Source: the human T2T-CHM13v2.0 reference genome, Homo sapiens
Strand: one strand, 5' to 3'
Assembly (NCBI RefSeq): GCF_009914755.1
Contig: NC_060929.1
Length of the DNA: 64,000 nucleotides
Positions within the stretch are counted from its first letter, which is position 1. The number at the start of each line of letters is the position of its first letter. A program made the translations under genes and the position numbers. Positions 33,026-50,292 of this stretch are shown here, piece by piece. The notes below the pieces were generated by a model. It saw nothing but the letters and a program-made list of their open reading frames with translations. It was not told where the DNA came from and did not search any database.

Positions 33026-34430
33026 TCATGACTTTCCTATGGTCTTCAGGAAGTCTAGCCCCTGAAACAGTGGTGTTCACTGTTGTGTTAAATGACCTTG
33101 AATATTGAGCTATTAAATATGAGGGTATATTAGGAGAGTTCTTATGGAAATTTCTATAGTGTTCTAAAATGTAAACTTTACTGTATTCTATTCTAGAGTG
33201 GGTATGAATACTTCATAGTATTCTATAGTAGGTATAAATGACTAATAAACCAAATGAATACACACACTAAGATATTTAGATTTAAAAAAAGAAACTTGCT
33301 AAACCAAATTGGTCAGTGTTTAAGCAATGTAATTAAATGAAGACCATCTCAAGCAGAAACATTTTCCTAAAAGGTTGCCTTCTCTCAGTTTCTTAAGATA
33401 TTCATCATGGGAAGCAGCCACTGCTAAAGATAGATCTAAATCCTAAATCCTTAGTTAAAATGTGGTCTTATTTATAAATGAAAACCTAGTCTTTCCATAG
33501 CCCTTTCTAAATTGGCTATGCCTTCCAAAATTGTTTCTGAAATATCATATAGAATCATTTTAGAAGGTTTTTATTTAATGTACAAGTGGTGAGACACTTG
33601 ATGTTATTACCATACTACCACATGTACAGGATATGCTCCTGTGTCATGAAACTGTTTTGTTCATGGCAACAGAAAATACAAAATCCTACTACAGCACTAA
33701 GTATATCAATCACATCAGTCATCTAACGGGTAGGAGAGGACAATTTACGGAACAACTTTATAAATATGTTACTTTATACTTCAGCCTGATTATTTCATTT
33801 TTCATATCTGTGTCATGTTATGGAAAGGAGTTAAGAACCAGATGATTAAGAGAAGTTGCTCTAAATGTCTAAGAAAATTCTATGAAAAGTAAGAATCTTG
33901 ACTAGTTTCATGTTAGTCAAAGGTATATGTTAAATTATGAATGAGTAATTAGATATATGGAATGAGGCAAATTTTTATCTGATTATATAAATACATTAGT
34001 GAGATGAAAAATTTAGCTTCTACAAAAAATGCAAATGTAATATAAATTGTATATAAGCGTATAATTATATTTTCTATTGTCTCATAAAGTAAAAGTTTTA
34101 TTTTAGCTACTCAACTGTATTAGTAAATTTTTAGTCTATTTATATTCAAAATTACCCTGACTTCTTAGCAGAGAGAGCAGATTCCCAGCTTTCTACCAAA
34201 TAAAAAATATTACATTGCTTTTTGCCAGAAGCTCACAATTTGCTCATTTTTATGCTGTCCAACATACCACTTGAATGTACTTATTTATAGGTTAAATTGA
34301 GCTGCATGACTTAGAGGGGTAGAAGATATATAAGAGTGTTTCTCATATATGAGTTAACTGAGGGCCCTTATAAAGAAATAAAACCAAAGTTAAATTACAA
34401 ACTATTAAAAATCAAATTTTTTAAAAGCTT

Positions 34431-35120
34431 TGTAGAGGTGGAAAGGAATGATACATTTCCTTCCCATCGTAAGGATCTTAGCTACATTCTTCAAACAAAA
34501 GACAAGTTAACAAGAAAAAAGCATAATACATTTATTTGATGAAACTTTTATATGACACAGGAGCCTTGAGAAATGAAGACCTAAAGACTCAAGGGAAGAC
34601 CGTGCATTTTTATGCTTGAATTCAATAACAAGTGAACAGCCATGGAGACACGTGATTAAACAAAAACGAAATAATGTAATAGTACTAGATTGAGCGGGCA
34701 AACCCAGCAAGGCCTGTCTGATCGGATTCTTCTTGGCTTCTCTGTGTGACATTTCTTCTTCCCAAGTATAAGGCCGGACCCTTTCTGGAATGAGAGTATT
34801 ATGATCTGCTCTCAGACAAGGCAAGTCCATTTCTTTATGGCCAGCTCTTACACAGAAAGGTGAAGGAAGGCTGAAGTAGTATTTCTGGGGTTCATGGCTA
34901 ACTTTGGAGGAGAGGAGTTCTAGTTTCTATGATCCACATTGGGGAAGAGGAATTCTAGATTCTACAACTTGCCTTGGGAGAGAAAGAGGAGCAAGGAGAA
35001 TGGAGGGCAGGAGAAGGTCAGAGTGACTCTGCTTCTGAGTCCTCTCCAACATGTTTTAGTTCAAAGCACTTAGCATGTCCAAGTGCCAAAGTTTATGGTA
35101 TCATTTTCAGAGCTCCAGCA
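34431..35120 (-). mobile_element. Solo ERV1 (MER4-group; MER31/LTR39-like) LTR
   Basis: TG...CA termini with 4-bp TSD gctt at 34427-34430 and 35121-35124. Confidence 0.8.
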
Positions 35121-35589
35121 GCTTCAAACTGAATAAAATTCAAGCTAATATCATTAATGTAATATGAGTATTGTTTTGCTACAGTGTACTGGAGTTTATG
35201 ACATAGGCTGTTTTGAGTTTGCTACATTTATACTATTATTTAAAGCTAACATTGATTTAAAATTATGAGTCAGATACTGTTTTACATGACTTGTGTTTAT
35301 AGAGGTTTTTAAAAATTATTACAACAATCCTATGAGGAAATAAATTTGTTTTCATATTTAGAAAAACTGTAAGGTACGATGACTTAATTTCTCAAAATCA
35401 GGCAGTAAGTGACGGAGTAAGATTAAAAGTTGTCAGTCTGACAACAGAACTCTCTTCAATAGTACATACACTGCCTCTAAAATAAAATGTTCACAACACT
35501 ATTCCTCTCCACAACTGAGTACTCAAAAGAATCATATAGGAAAATACTGTTATTGGCACTTAAAATATATAATATGATATTTCTAACAT

Positions 35590-36530
35590 GTCTACCCTTT
35601 AAGGGTATGTAGCCGCAAACTGTGAATTAAACTAAAAAATACATCAAAAAGAGAAAGGTATACAATTTTTATTTAATGTTAATATTTAAAAATTTTATGT
35701 GCATAGTCACAGAATAGAAGTCAATATCCAAAGAGGTGATTAAATTTGTATTACTTATATATAATCTTAGCAGAGGATGACAAATTGAGAAGATGTGGTA
35801 AGAAAAAGAAAAAAGGGGTCCATGCTTCTATGGGCAGTAAATTGTGGAAGGCAAGAATATGTGGATGGAAGGTAGGAGCTATCTAGTAAGATTTTGTTTA
35901 CTTAGATTCATCTTAGGACTCTCTCCATGTGCATGGATAATTGGTGTTCCTTCCTTCCTGGTATGAAAGAGGAAGATGTCTTGATATGGCTTGAATCTGT
36001 GTCCCCGTGCAAATCTCATGTTTAATTACAATCCCCAATGTTGGAGGTAGGGCACAGTGGGAGGTGATTAGATCACGGAGGCTCAATTCTCACTAATGGA
36101 TCAGCAACATGCCCCTTGGTACTGTCCTCACCATAGTCAGTGATCTTCCTGAGATCTGGTCATTTAAAAGTGTGTGGCACCTCCTCCCTCTCTCTCTTTC
36201 TCTTGCTCCTGTTCTTGCCAGGAAGACAGTTGCTCCTGTCACAAGTAAAATCTCCCTGATGCCTTCCCAGAACCTGATGCCGCCATGCTTCCTGTACAGC
36301 CTGCAAACCCTGAACCAATTAAACCTCTTTTCTTTATCAATTACCCAGTGTCAAATATTTCTTTATAGCAATGTGATAATGGACTAATACATACCCTCAC
36401 AAGGAAAAGTTATGTCCTGCTTTTAGGCACACAGGAGAAGGTGGAGAGCTTTTTCTCAATTGCCTTTAACTTAAATAATTCTTATGCCAAAGCAGCATAT
36501 TTTTGGAGTGGCATATTCTTTTCCCCTTCA
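35590..36530 (-). mobile_element. ERV1 MER4-group (MER67/MER31-like) LTR split by an MST LTR
   Basis: Terminus atgccaaagcagcatatttttggagtggcatattcttttccccttCA. Left boundary is approximate. Confidence 0.6.
35982..36391 (+). mobile_element. MSTA/MSTB (MaLR) solo LTR
   Basis: TGatatggcttgaatctgtgtcccc ... ccaattaaacctcttttcttta ... ggactaataCA. Confidence 0.9.
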
Positions 36531-37143
36531 AATGGAAAAAATGAGTTGCTTAACAATAGTTAAAAATGTCAGAGTCATTCTTAGCCATGTGGAAACCTAA
36601 AGAGTCCTAGTTCATAAGAGTTGTTTCCTGCTCTTCTGAGTATATTACATGCTTGATGCAAGGAGGAAAAGAATAGGTTACTAGATATTATTACTATTTA
36701 GGATTATGATTATAATATGAGTAAGACAGGATAAAGAGAGAAAGCCATCTGAGCATAATAATATACAACCGAAACATTTAAGTGCACAAAAATTTCTTAG
36801 TAAAGAGGAGTAATAAAACCCACAACACCCGTCACCATTATAGATCCAATCATCTGGAAGAACAGTTGGTACAGAAAATATACCAACCCACAAGCATTAG
36901 TCACAACTAGCTTCACATTGTAGTCAGAATGTGGCTCATGGTATTTGCATTTGTTAGAGGTGGCACAAGTGGTGGTTAGAAAGAGAGCTATTCCAAGCCC
37001 TTTGCGAGGAATAGAAGACATTTCCTGGACTGTCACTCTTCAGGCATGATAAGTGAATGTAAAACAAAGGCAATGAATGGTTTTACCTATTTCCAGTTAA
37101 CTGACTTGTGGGTTTAATCAGTACTCCCTAGACCAATGTCTAT

Positions 37144-37648
37144 GGAACACTGATTCTTTTTTTTTTTCTTTTTATTATTATACTTTAAGTTTTAGGGTAC
37201 ATGTGCACAATGTGCAGGTTAGTTACATATGTATACATGTGCCATGCTGGTGTGCTGCACCTCTTAACTCGTCATTTAGCATTAGGTATATCTCCTAATG
37301 CTATCCCTCCCCCCACCCCCCACCCCACAACAGTCCCCAGAGTGTGATGTTCCCCTTCCTGTGTCCATGTGTTCTCATTGTTCAATTCCCATCTATGAGT
37401 GAGAACATGCGGTGTTTGGTTTTTTGTCCTTGCGATAGTTTACTGAGAATGATTTCCAGTTTCATCCACGTCCCTACAAAGGACATGAACTCATCATTTT
37501 TTATGGCTGCATAGTATTCCATGGTGTATATGTGCCACATTTTCTTAATCCAGTCTATCATTGTTGGACATTTGGGTTGGTTCCAAGTCTTTGCTATTGT
37601 GAATAGTGCTGCAATAAACATATGTGTGCATGGGAACACTGATTCTTT
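37144..37648 (-). mobile_element. 5'-truncated L1PA3/4-like insertion (~480 bp) with a perfect 16-bp TSD
   Basis: TSD ggaacactgattcttt at 37144-37159 and 37633-37648, T tail, 3' UTR and ORF2 C-terminus. Confidence 0.97.
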
Positions 37649-37956
37649 AGAATGCCCAGAAAACTGTCTGCCCACCAGTAGAATTGAATACTTCCAACAT
37701 AAGTAATTTTTTCTTCCACAATCTGTTTATGCCATGGTTATTATGATAGTTACTTTAATTAAGGTTAATGCTGTCAATATTATATAAAGGGTTTCAGATT
37801 AAATGTGACATGACTGAGTGATTGGAGAAAATGATAAAATTAAAATTTGTTGCTCAGAGTCCTTTTAAATATAAGTTCCTATTCTAATTCATACAAATCC
37901 AAACTGAAAACATAGATGCCCTGTGACTACAGGTTAGATTTAAAAAATATATATTT

Positions 37957-38288
37957 GGCTGGGCATGTTAATGCGTGCTTGTACTCCCAGCTACTTGGGA
38001 GACTGAGGCAGGAACACTGATTGAGTCCAGGAGTTCTGGGATATAGTACACTATGCTGATCCAACATTCACACTAAGTGCAGCATCAATATGGTGACTTC
38101 CTGGGAGCAGGGAACCACCAGGTTACCAAAGGAGGAGTGAACCTGCCCAGGTCAGAAATAGAGCAGGTAAAAATTCCTGCAGTGATCAGTAGTGGGATTG
38201 TGCCTATGAATAGCTACCACACTCCAGCCTGGGAAGCTTATCAATACCCCATCTCTAAAATAAATTATTTAAATAAATAAATAAATAA
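37957..38288 (+). pseudogene. 7SL (SRP RNA) processed pseudogene, full length and diverged, with A-rich tail
   Basis: Alu-domain 5' end, then S-domain sequence absent from Alu (gagttctggg...cactaagt...gcatcaatatggtgac...accaccaggtt...gatcagtagtgggat). Confidence 0.92.
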
Positions 38289-38603
38289 TTTTTTTAAAGC
38301 TTGAAATGAAAGCAGTCTTAGGCATACACTGGTATTTTAGCAAATAAATAAATATTGTATGCTTTAGGTTAAATATGTATATTACATCAGTATGTATATA
38401 TTTAATTTAAAATGTGTAATGTTTATACATTATAAGATAATGTTGGAAAGCATAAATAGGTTAATCATTTCAAGTTACTGTTGTGTCTGTGAACTTAATT
38501 TAGTGAAATAAGTGCAGTAAATATACTCATCATGTGACTTGCATGTTTTGAATTTCAAGTAAAAATTCACAAAATGCCCTTCTGCACCAGCTTACAATAT
38601 TCT

Positions 38604-38924
38604 TTTTTTAAAATATATATTTATTTACTTATTTATTTATTGAGACAGAGTCTCACTCTGTCACCCAGGCTGGAGTGCAGTGGCACAATCTTGGCTAACT
38701 GCAACCTCCGCCTACCAAGTTCAAGCGATTCTTGTGTCTCAGCCTCCACAGTAGCTGGGATTGCAGCCTCGTGCCACCATGCCTGGCTAATTTTTGTATT
38801 TTTCAGTAGAGATGGTATTTTGCCATGTTGGCCAGGCTAGTCTTGAACTCCTGGCCTCAAGTGATCTGTCCAACTTGGCCTCCCAAAGTGCTGGAATTGC
38901 AGGTGTGAGCCACCATGCTGTGCC
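38604..38924 (-). mobile_element. AluS (Sx/Sz-like)
   Basis: Full dimer with gcaacctccgcct and ctcaagtgatc. Degenerate TSD agcttacaatattct / agtttaaaatgttct. Confidence 0.92.
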
Positions 38925-39001
38925 GAGTTTAAAATGTTCTATCTTTGTGCCACAATCACAGTCATCGTAATTGGAGACCACACTCTATCTTTGTTGAGTT
39001 G

Positions 39002-39214
39002 CAGGAGTGTCCAGTCTTTTTGTCTTCCTAGGCTACTTTGGAAGAATTGTCTTGGGCAATACTTAAAATACAGCAACACTAATGATAGCTGATGGGCTAA
39101 AATCATTTGCAAAAAAAACTCATAATGTTTTAAGAAAGTTTATGAATTTGTGTTGGGCCTCATTCAAAGCTGTCCTGGGCCACCTTGCTCACAGGCTGCA
39201 GGTTGAAGAAGTTT
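39002..39214 (+). mobile_element. MER30-like hAT non-autonomous DNA transposon
   Basis: caggagtgtcca...aacactaatgatagctgatg...aagtttatgaatttgtgttgggcc...caggttgaagaagtttg. Confidence 0.85.
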
Positions 39215-39303
39215 GAGTTACAGTCTACCACAATTTATTCTCATTTATTTTTAGACCTAGAAAGGAAAGACACAGTTATTCGGTTACATAAAATAGAATT
39301 TGT

Positions 39304-39638
<335 letters not shown>

Positions 39639-39759
39639 TTATTATCTTTTGAAATGAAAGAAAACGTATTTTTCTCAACAAAATTGAGATATTCGGTATT
39701 ATTTGGTGTGAGAAGTGAGAATAATAATGTCAGGACACTGAGCTCAGTGTTAGATTTCT

Positions 39760-39950
39760 CTTTTTAATTTTTATTTTAGATTTGGAGGTATAAGCGCAAG
39801 TTTGTTATATAGGTAAAGTCATGTCTCCGGGGCTTGTTGTACAGATTATTTTATCACTAAGCCTAGTACCCATGAGTTATTTTTTCTGATCCTCTCTCTC
39901 CTTTCATCCTCCACCCTCACGTAGGCCCCAGTGTCTGTTGTTTATGGTTT
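39760..39950 (-). mobile_element. Older L1PA (PA13-16-like) 3' end fragment
   Basis: ttttattttagattt...gtacagattatttt...gtaggccccagtgtctgttgtt. Confidence 0.8.
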
Positions 39951-40029
39951 TGTGTAGCATTAAATATTCTTTTTCAAGTATACACAGGTAACAATTCCAT
40001 GTGAATTATTCTTTCAAAGTGGAAGATAT

Positions 40030-40225
40030 GTATGGGCTTTGTCATCTGAAAGCACAGGTTCAAATTCTATGCCTTGTCTCTCACTAGCTGCTCATTTCAA
40101 AAAAAGTTACATAACCTCTCTAGTTCTTATCATACAAATGTAATCCATACATCTTAAGGGTTTTTTAGTTTGAATGTGCAATAGTATGTTTGAGAATGCC
40201 TATTCTGGTATGCAGCAGATATTAA
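40030..40225 (+). mobile_element. MIR fragment
   Basis: ggttcaaattct...ctcactagctg...aagttacataacctctc. Confidence 0.55.
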
Positions 40226-41271
40226 TGATTCAAGAAACTTGTTTTTTATTCCTTTCTCAACCACTTTATCTTGGTCCTTCTATGTAAAATTGCATTACAA
40301 ATTACAGTTTTTATTTTTCAAGCCTAACTTATGTTATTATTGGTGTCATGGTTTATTTTTTTCTTTTGTCTCTTTCATCCCATTTAAAAAGCTCAGACTA
40401 TAGTTTTAAAAAGAAGTTATCTGTTTCAATATTTTTTTTTCTCTGTCAAGGGGGTGGGGTACTAGTATCCACATCAGAATACAAGACCAAAAGACAAGAC
40501 TCAACTTGGAAAATAAAATCTTCTACCTATCCAGGTTTCCAAGTAAGAATCTAATATTTTTATTATAACCTTCAAGGGATTGTTTAGAAAACATTCCCCT
40601 TTCAATGCCTTTCAATAGTTACCAAATATAAAAAAATTATGTATATTTAAAAATATATATTTTATTTTCTATATATATATATATATATATATACAAACAC
40701 ACGTATACATATACCTCTAACACATATAGGGTTCAAATGTTTTTAAAGGTCATTTTCATGCTAGATGTTTTCAGTGTTATATTATTCTTATTATCATATT
40801 TTTCATTTGGTATGTTTAAAGTATAGAAAACAATTTTATTGTGATTTTTAAAAACTCAGACACTTGGTAGAGAGCCCGTATTTGGTCAGTTTCCAGGATT
40901 TGTTATTCCATATCAATTTTTAATACCTTCACCTCCTAAACAATGTAGCTCTCTTATACTTTTTACTCAGTCGAAGTTCTTCCCTAGTGTACAATTATAG
41001 AGCGACAAAATAAAATGAAATTTTAATGACTTGAGGTTACCAAAATATATATAAATATTAATGACCAAATATTGAAACAAAGTTTTTACTGAACATAATA
41101 AGTTTATCTCCTCTTAAAGTGATCCTATGGTACCCATGATAGCAAGAGGTAGCAAAGGGATTTCAAAAAAATTAAACAGATAACTGAAAACGGACTGTGT
41201 TTCCATAGATACTGTGATTAATTACTGGGTATGTTTCACTATTCTACTTCTCTAAATGTAGTTGTTGTTTC

Positions 41272-42848
41272 TAAATTGGTACCAGCAGAGTGGGGCATTG
41301 CTGAAAAGATACCCAAAAATGTGGAAGTGATTTTGGAACTGGGTAACAGGCAGAGGTTGAAACAGTTTGGAGGGTTCAGAAGAAGATAGGAAAATGTGGG
41401 AAAGTTTGCAACTTCCTAGAGACTTGTTGAATGCTTTGGCCCAAATTGCTGATAGTGATATGGACAATAAGGTCCAGGCTGAGATGGTTTCAGATGGGGA
41501 TGAGGAACTTGTTGGAAACTGGAGCAAAGGTGACTCTTGCTATGTTTTAGCAAAGAGAATGGCGGCATTTTGCCTCTGCCCTAGAGATTTTTGGAACTTT
41601 AAACTTCAGAGAGATGATTTAGTTTGTCTGACAGAAGAAATTTCTAAGCAGCAAAGCATTCAAGAGTTGACTTGGGTGCTGTCCAAAGCATTCAGTTTTA
41701 ACAGGGAAGCAGAGCAAAAAAGTTTGAAAAATTTGCAGCCTGACAAATTGAGAGAAAAGAAAATCCCATTTTCTGGGAGAAATTCCAGCTGGCTGCAGAA
41801 ATTTGCATAAGTAATGAGGAGTCAAATGTTAACCCCCAAGACAATGGGGAATATGTCTCCAGGGCATGTCAGAGGTCTTCATGGCAGATGCTCCCATCAC
41901 AATCCCAGAGGCCTAGGAGGAAAAAGTGGTTTCATGGGCCAGGCCCAGGTCCTCGAGCTGTGTGCAGCCTTGGGACTTGGTGCCCTGTGTCCAGGCTGCT
42001 CCAGTCATGGCTGAAAAAGGCCAATGTAGAGCTCAGGGTGTGACTTCAGATGGTGCAAGACCCAAGTCTTGGCAGCTTCCACATGGTGTTGAGCCTGCCA
42101 TCGCACAGAAGCCAAGAACTGAGGTTTGAGAACCTCCACCTAGATTTCAGAAGATGTATAGAAACGCCTGGATGTTCCGGCAGAAGTTTATTACAGGGGC
42201 AGGGCTCTCATGGAGAACCTCTAATAGGGCAGTACAGAAGAGAAATGTGGGGTTGGAGCCCCCACACAGAGTCCCTACTGAGGCACTGCCTAATGGAGCT
42301 GTGAGAAGAGGGCCATTGTCCTCCAGACCCCAGAATGGTAGATCTACTGACAGCTTGAACCGTGCACCTGGAAGAGCCACAGACACTCAATGACAGCCTG
42401 TGAAAGCAGTTGGGAGGTAGGCTGTATCCTGCAAAGCCACAGAGGCGGTGCTACCCAAGACCATGAGAATCCACCTTTTGTATCAGTGTGACCTGGATGT
42501 GAGACCTGGAGTCAAAGGAGATCATTTTGGAGTTTCAAGATTTGACTGCCCCACTGGATTTCAGACTTCCATTGGCCCAGTAGCCCATTTGTTTTGGCCA
42601 ATTTCTCCCATTTGGAATGGTTGTATTTACCCAATGTCTGTATCCGCATTGTATCTAGGAAATAAGTAGCTTGCTTTTGATTTTACAGGCTCATAGGCAG
42701 AAGGAACTTGCCTCGCCTCAGATGAGACTTTGAACTGGGGACTTTTGAGTTAATGCTGAAATGAATTAAGACTTTGGGGGACTGTTGGGAAGGCATGATT
42801 GATTTTGAAATGTGAGGACATGATATTTGGCAGAGGCCAGGGGCAGAA
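41272..42848 (+). mobile_element. THE1 (MaLR) internal region with no 5' LTR
   Basis: Starts taaattggtaccagcagagtgggg. MaLR ORF remnants (EGSEEDRKMWESLQLPRDLLN). Polypurine tract before 42849. Confidence 0.95.
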
Positions 42849-43222
42849 TGACATGGTTTGGCTCTGTGTCCCCATCCAAATCTCATCTTGAACTGTACTC
42901 TCATAATTCCCATGTGTTGTGCCAGGGACCCGCTAGGAGATAATTGAATCATGGGGGCTGTTTCCCATAATTTTGTGATAGTGAATAAGTCTCACCAGAT
43001 CTGATTGTTTTATCAGGGGTTTCTGCTTTCGCATCTTCCTCATTCTCTCTGCCTGCTGCCATTCATGTAAGATGTGACTTACTCCTCCTTGCCTTCCACC
43101 ATGATTGTGAGGTTTCCCCAGCCATGTGGAACTGTAACTCCAATTAAACCTTTTTTTCTTTTTTTGTAAATTGCCCAGTCTCAGGTATGTCTTTATCAGC
43201 AGCATGAAAATGGACTAATACA
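42849..43222 (+). mobile_element. THE1 (THE1C-like) 3' LTR, 374 bp
   Basis: TGacatggtttggctctgtgtcccc ... ggactaataCA. Confidence 0.95.
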
Positions 43223-43275
43223 GTTTCTATCATATTGCTCCATAGATATAAAGGCATACTCTTATAGATTGTTAA

Positions 43276-45631
<2,356 letters not shown>

Positions 45632-45759
45632 GAAAGCTACATAAGTTAGCATATCATGACCTGAATGAATGTAGGCAAGATCACAAGAAAATTTGAACAG
45701 TGTTTGAAATTAAAAGAACAGCCACAACAACAAAACAAAAAACAAACAAAAAAACATAG

Positions 45760-48360
45760 ACTTATGCTTCCAGAAAGGTACTTCTGGAAATAGATGTCCT
45801 TTTAAATGTCCTTCTCCACAATCCTCTTGCTAAGCCCAACTAAAATCCCTGGGCATAACATATAAAACAAATATATGAGCCCCTGAAAGGTGAAGAGAAG
45901 GCAGACAAGCAAGAAACTCTGGAGACACAGTAGTGCTTTTACTGGGTTTTCATTTAGCTTCATATATCCTAGAGTTGGAACCAAAGAAGGTCGGAATCCA
46001 GAAACAAAACAGCAGACAAAATAATTCCTCAGCAAAGACTAATCTCACTAGCCAAGTAACTGATCTCTCTTCCCAAGTAATAGACAGCCTAGAAAGATAG
46101 AAATTGTATGAGTGAATTTTCATACGCTGTATAGAACTGCCTGAGACTGGGTAATTTATAAAGGAAAGAGGTTTAATTGACTCACAGTTCAGCATGGCTG
46201 GGAATGCCACAGGAAACTTACAGTTTTGGTGGAAGTTGAAGGGGAAGCAAGGCATCTTATTCACAAGGTGGCAAGAGGGAGAATGAACGCAGGAGGAACT
46301 ACCAAACACTAATAAAACCATCAGATCTCATGAGAACTCACTCACTATCATGAGAACAGCATGGAGGAAACCACTCAAATTATTTAATTACCTCCACCAG
46401 GTCTCTCCCTTGACACATCCGGATTATGGAGATTACAGTTCAAGATGAGATTTTGGAGGACACAGCCAAACCATATCAGAAATCATTTAGATAATTACCA
46501 CTCTACTCCTGCCAATCATAAAAGAAAAATACTGTGGCCCAATCCCACCCATGCCAAAAAACACTGAGCAGGTTTCCATGCCCACAGGCTATAATGAGGT
46601 TTCTAATCACAACACCTGGTTGATGTCCAAGAAAGAAGCCTACGTTTTCATCCATACTGGGGCATAATAACCCCCTCCTCATGGTCTCAGTGGAAACCAC
46701 CAGTGGAGCCTGGACTTACACCACCACCTGGTGGTAACAAGAATAGTACCAAAATTGGCCACATGGAAAGTCAAAATTTTCAAAATGTTCCTCTGGCTGT
46801 GAGATAATTCCCCTTCTCTGTTGTGTTCATTAAAGCCACTTGGAAAGAAATAATGAAGCAGCACTATGCATCCTAGCCAGGAAGGCATCAAAAAGGCTTA
46901 TTGTAGAGCCAGAACTCCCAACCCAGCTCAACTATAAGGAGCTCTCACCTTCATCAGGTGTAAATGGAGGCCTAGTGAGAAATCTGGACTTCTATCCTCA
47001 TCTGAAAATAATTAGGCAATTCCCTCCATCACATCTAAATGAGACTGCAGTGGGGTCAGAGAGAGCCAACTAAAATAGGAGTAGAATCCAGTCTTATAAC
47101 TTAATATCCATAATGTCTAGGCTTTAATTTTTAATAAATTACTCCTCCTAACAAGAATCAGGAAAACCTCAAACTGAATGAGAAAAAATAGTTAATCAAC
47201 AGATGTCAACACAGATATGAGAGATGTTAGAATTATTTAACAAATATTTTACCACTGCCATTATAAAAATACTTCAACATGCAATTACTAACACATTTGA
47301 ACAAATGGAAAAAAAAATCAGCAAAGACACAGAAGATATGAGTAAGAAACAAAGGAAAAATTTTGAACTTAAAAATTCAATAATCGAAAAGCTCAACAGA
47401 CGGGTTCAGCAGCAGGGTAGAGAGAACAGAATCCAAAACCCAGTAAATATTGAAAAAATAAAGTAAGAAGAGCCTCAGGCACTTTTTGGACTACAAAAAA
47501 AAAAAAAAAAAAAAGGTCTAACATTCACATCATTGGAATCCTAAAAGGAGAGGAGAAAAGAGGCAGAACAAAAATGTACTGAAAAATGGATGAAAACTTC
47601 CCACATTTTGCAAAAGACATAAAACTTAAGATTTAAGAAGCTAAATGAATGCAAAACAAGATAATCTTAAATAAGTCCATGACAAGTTATATCATATTCA
47701 AACTTCTGTAAACTAAAGAAAAAAAATAAATCTTGAAATCTATAGAGAGAAACAGCACCTTACCTGTGAGAGCAAATAATTTGAAAGACAGTGAATTTCT
47801 TATCAGAAATGATGGAGGCCAAAAGAAAGTGTCATAGTCTTTTAAGTCCTGAAAGGAAAACAAAAACAAAAAGAAAAATAAAACACAACAATCATGTACA
47901 TCCACAATTCTATATCTACCAACAATATTCTTCAGGAGCAAAAGGGAAATCAAGATATTCTTAGATTAAGGAAAAGTCCCTTTCCTTATGGATTGTGGCA
48001 AAGTTCCTTTTGCCATATAACTTAACATATTCATAGATTTTAAAAAAATAGCTAAAGGAGAAAGTCTCTAAACAAAAAATTATATAAGGAGAGATCTTGT
48101 AACATTAGAAAGGATGGAAGAACATAGTAGGCAAATACAATTGAATTTTATTCTTTTTGAGTTTTCTAAATTATATTTGACATTTGAAGTCAAAATTATA
48201 ACACTGACTGATAATATTCAAAATGTAAATACAGGAAATATTTAAAACAGTTATAAACAGGAGGATAAGTAAGATTTCTAGATGTCACCAAAACATGTAA
48301 AATGATGTCACTATTAGGAAAACTATATAAACATAATACAATACCTTGGTCAACCATTAA
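45760..48360 (+). mobile_element. Old L1M 5' region and ORF1 remnant
   Basis: ORF1-like motifs (attggaatcctaaaaggagagg, tgaaaacttccca, atttcttatcagaaatgatggaggcc). Confidence 0.7.
46105..46478 (-). mobile_element. THE1D-like solo LTR
   Basis: TG...cacagccaaaccatatCA with 5-bp TSD gaaat at 46100-46104 and 46479-46483. Confidence 0.93.
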
Positions 48361-48455
48361 AATAAGTTATAAAAACATTTTATAACTTATTACTTATTTT
48401 AAATACTTATTACTTATTTTAAAATGTTATATCTTATAACTTATTTTAAAACATT
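48357..48455. repeat. AT-rich patchwork of inverted and direct short repeats
   Basis: 14-bp hairpin arms 48361-48374 / 48378-48391, acttattacttattttaaa x2, second inverted copy at 48434-48449. Confidence 0.85.
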
Positions 48456-48664
48456 ATAGATAGAACCTAGCACCTCTAGAATAGTGACAGGAGGAGTTCC
48501 ATAGACCCTGTACTCAGAAAAACAATCACAATTGGCAAATATCATTTTTTAAAAAAATATATAATTTTTTTAAAAATTAAAATCTATAAAATTGAGTGCA
48601 CACAATAAATAAAGAATCACTTATTTTTTAGAAAAACTATTAAATTATATAAAGAACAGCAAGA

Positions 48665-48950
48665 GCTAGGCACAGTGGCTCATGCCTCTAATCCCATTGT
48701 TTTGGGAGGTTGAAGCAGAAAGATTATTTGAAGCCAGAAGTTTAAGAGCAGCCTGGGCAGCATAACAAGATCACATCCAAACAAAAAAAAAATACAGAAA
48801 TGGTGGTGCACGCTTGGTAGTAGTTTCATCTACTTAGGAGACTGAGGTGGGAGGATTGCTTGAGCCCAGGATTTTGAGGCTACAGTGAGCTATGATCATG
48901 CCATTGCACTTCAGCCTGAGCAACAGAGACCCTGTCTCCAAAAAACAAAC
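48665..48950 (+). mobile_element. AluJ
   Basis: ggaggattgcttgagcccagg...gaggctacagtgagctatgatc. Confidence 0.9.
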
Positions 48951-48954
48951 ATAC

Positions 48955-50292
<1,338 letters not shown>

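Noticed and set aside
36681-37036. Hydrophobic minus-strand ORFs with a GPCR-TM5-like GFITPL motif
   Set aside because: A stop follows immediately, no other helix motifs align, and T-rich strands readily yield hydrophobic ORFs.
37957-38256. Functional 7SL RNA gene
   Set aside because: Many substitutions, CpG loss and an A-rich retroposition tail.
41367-43205. Dense overlapping ORFs suggesting a gene
   Set aside because: All fall within THE1 internal or LTR sequence.
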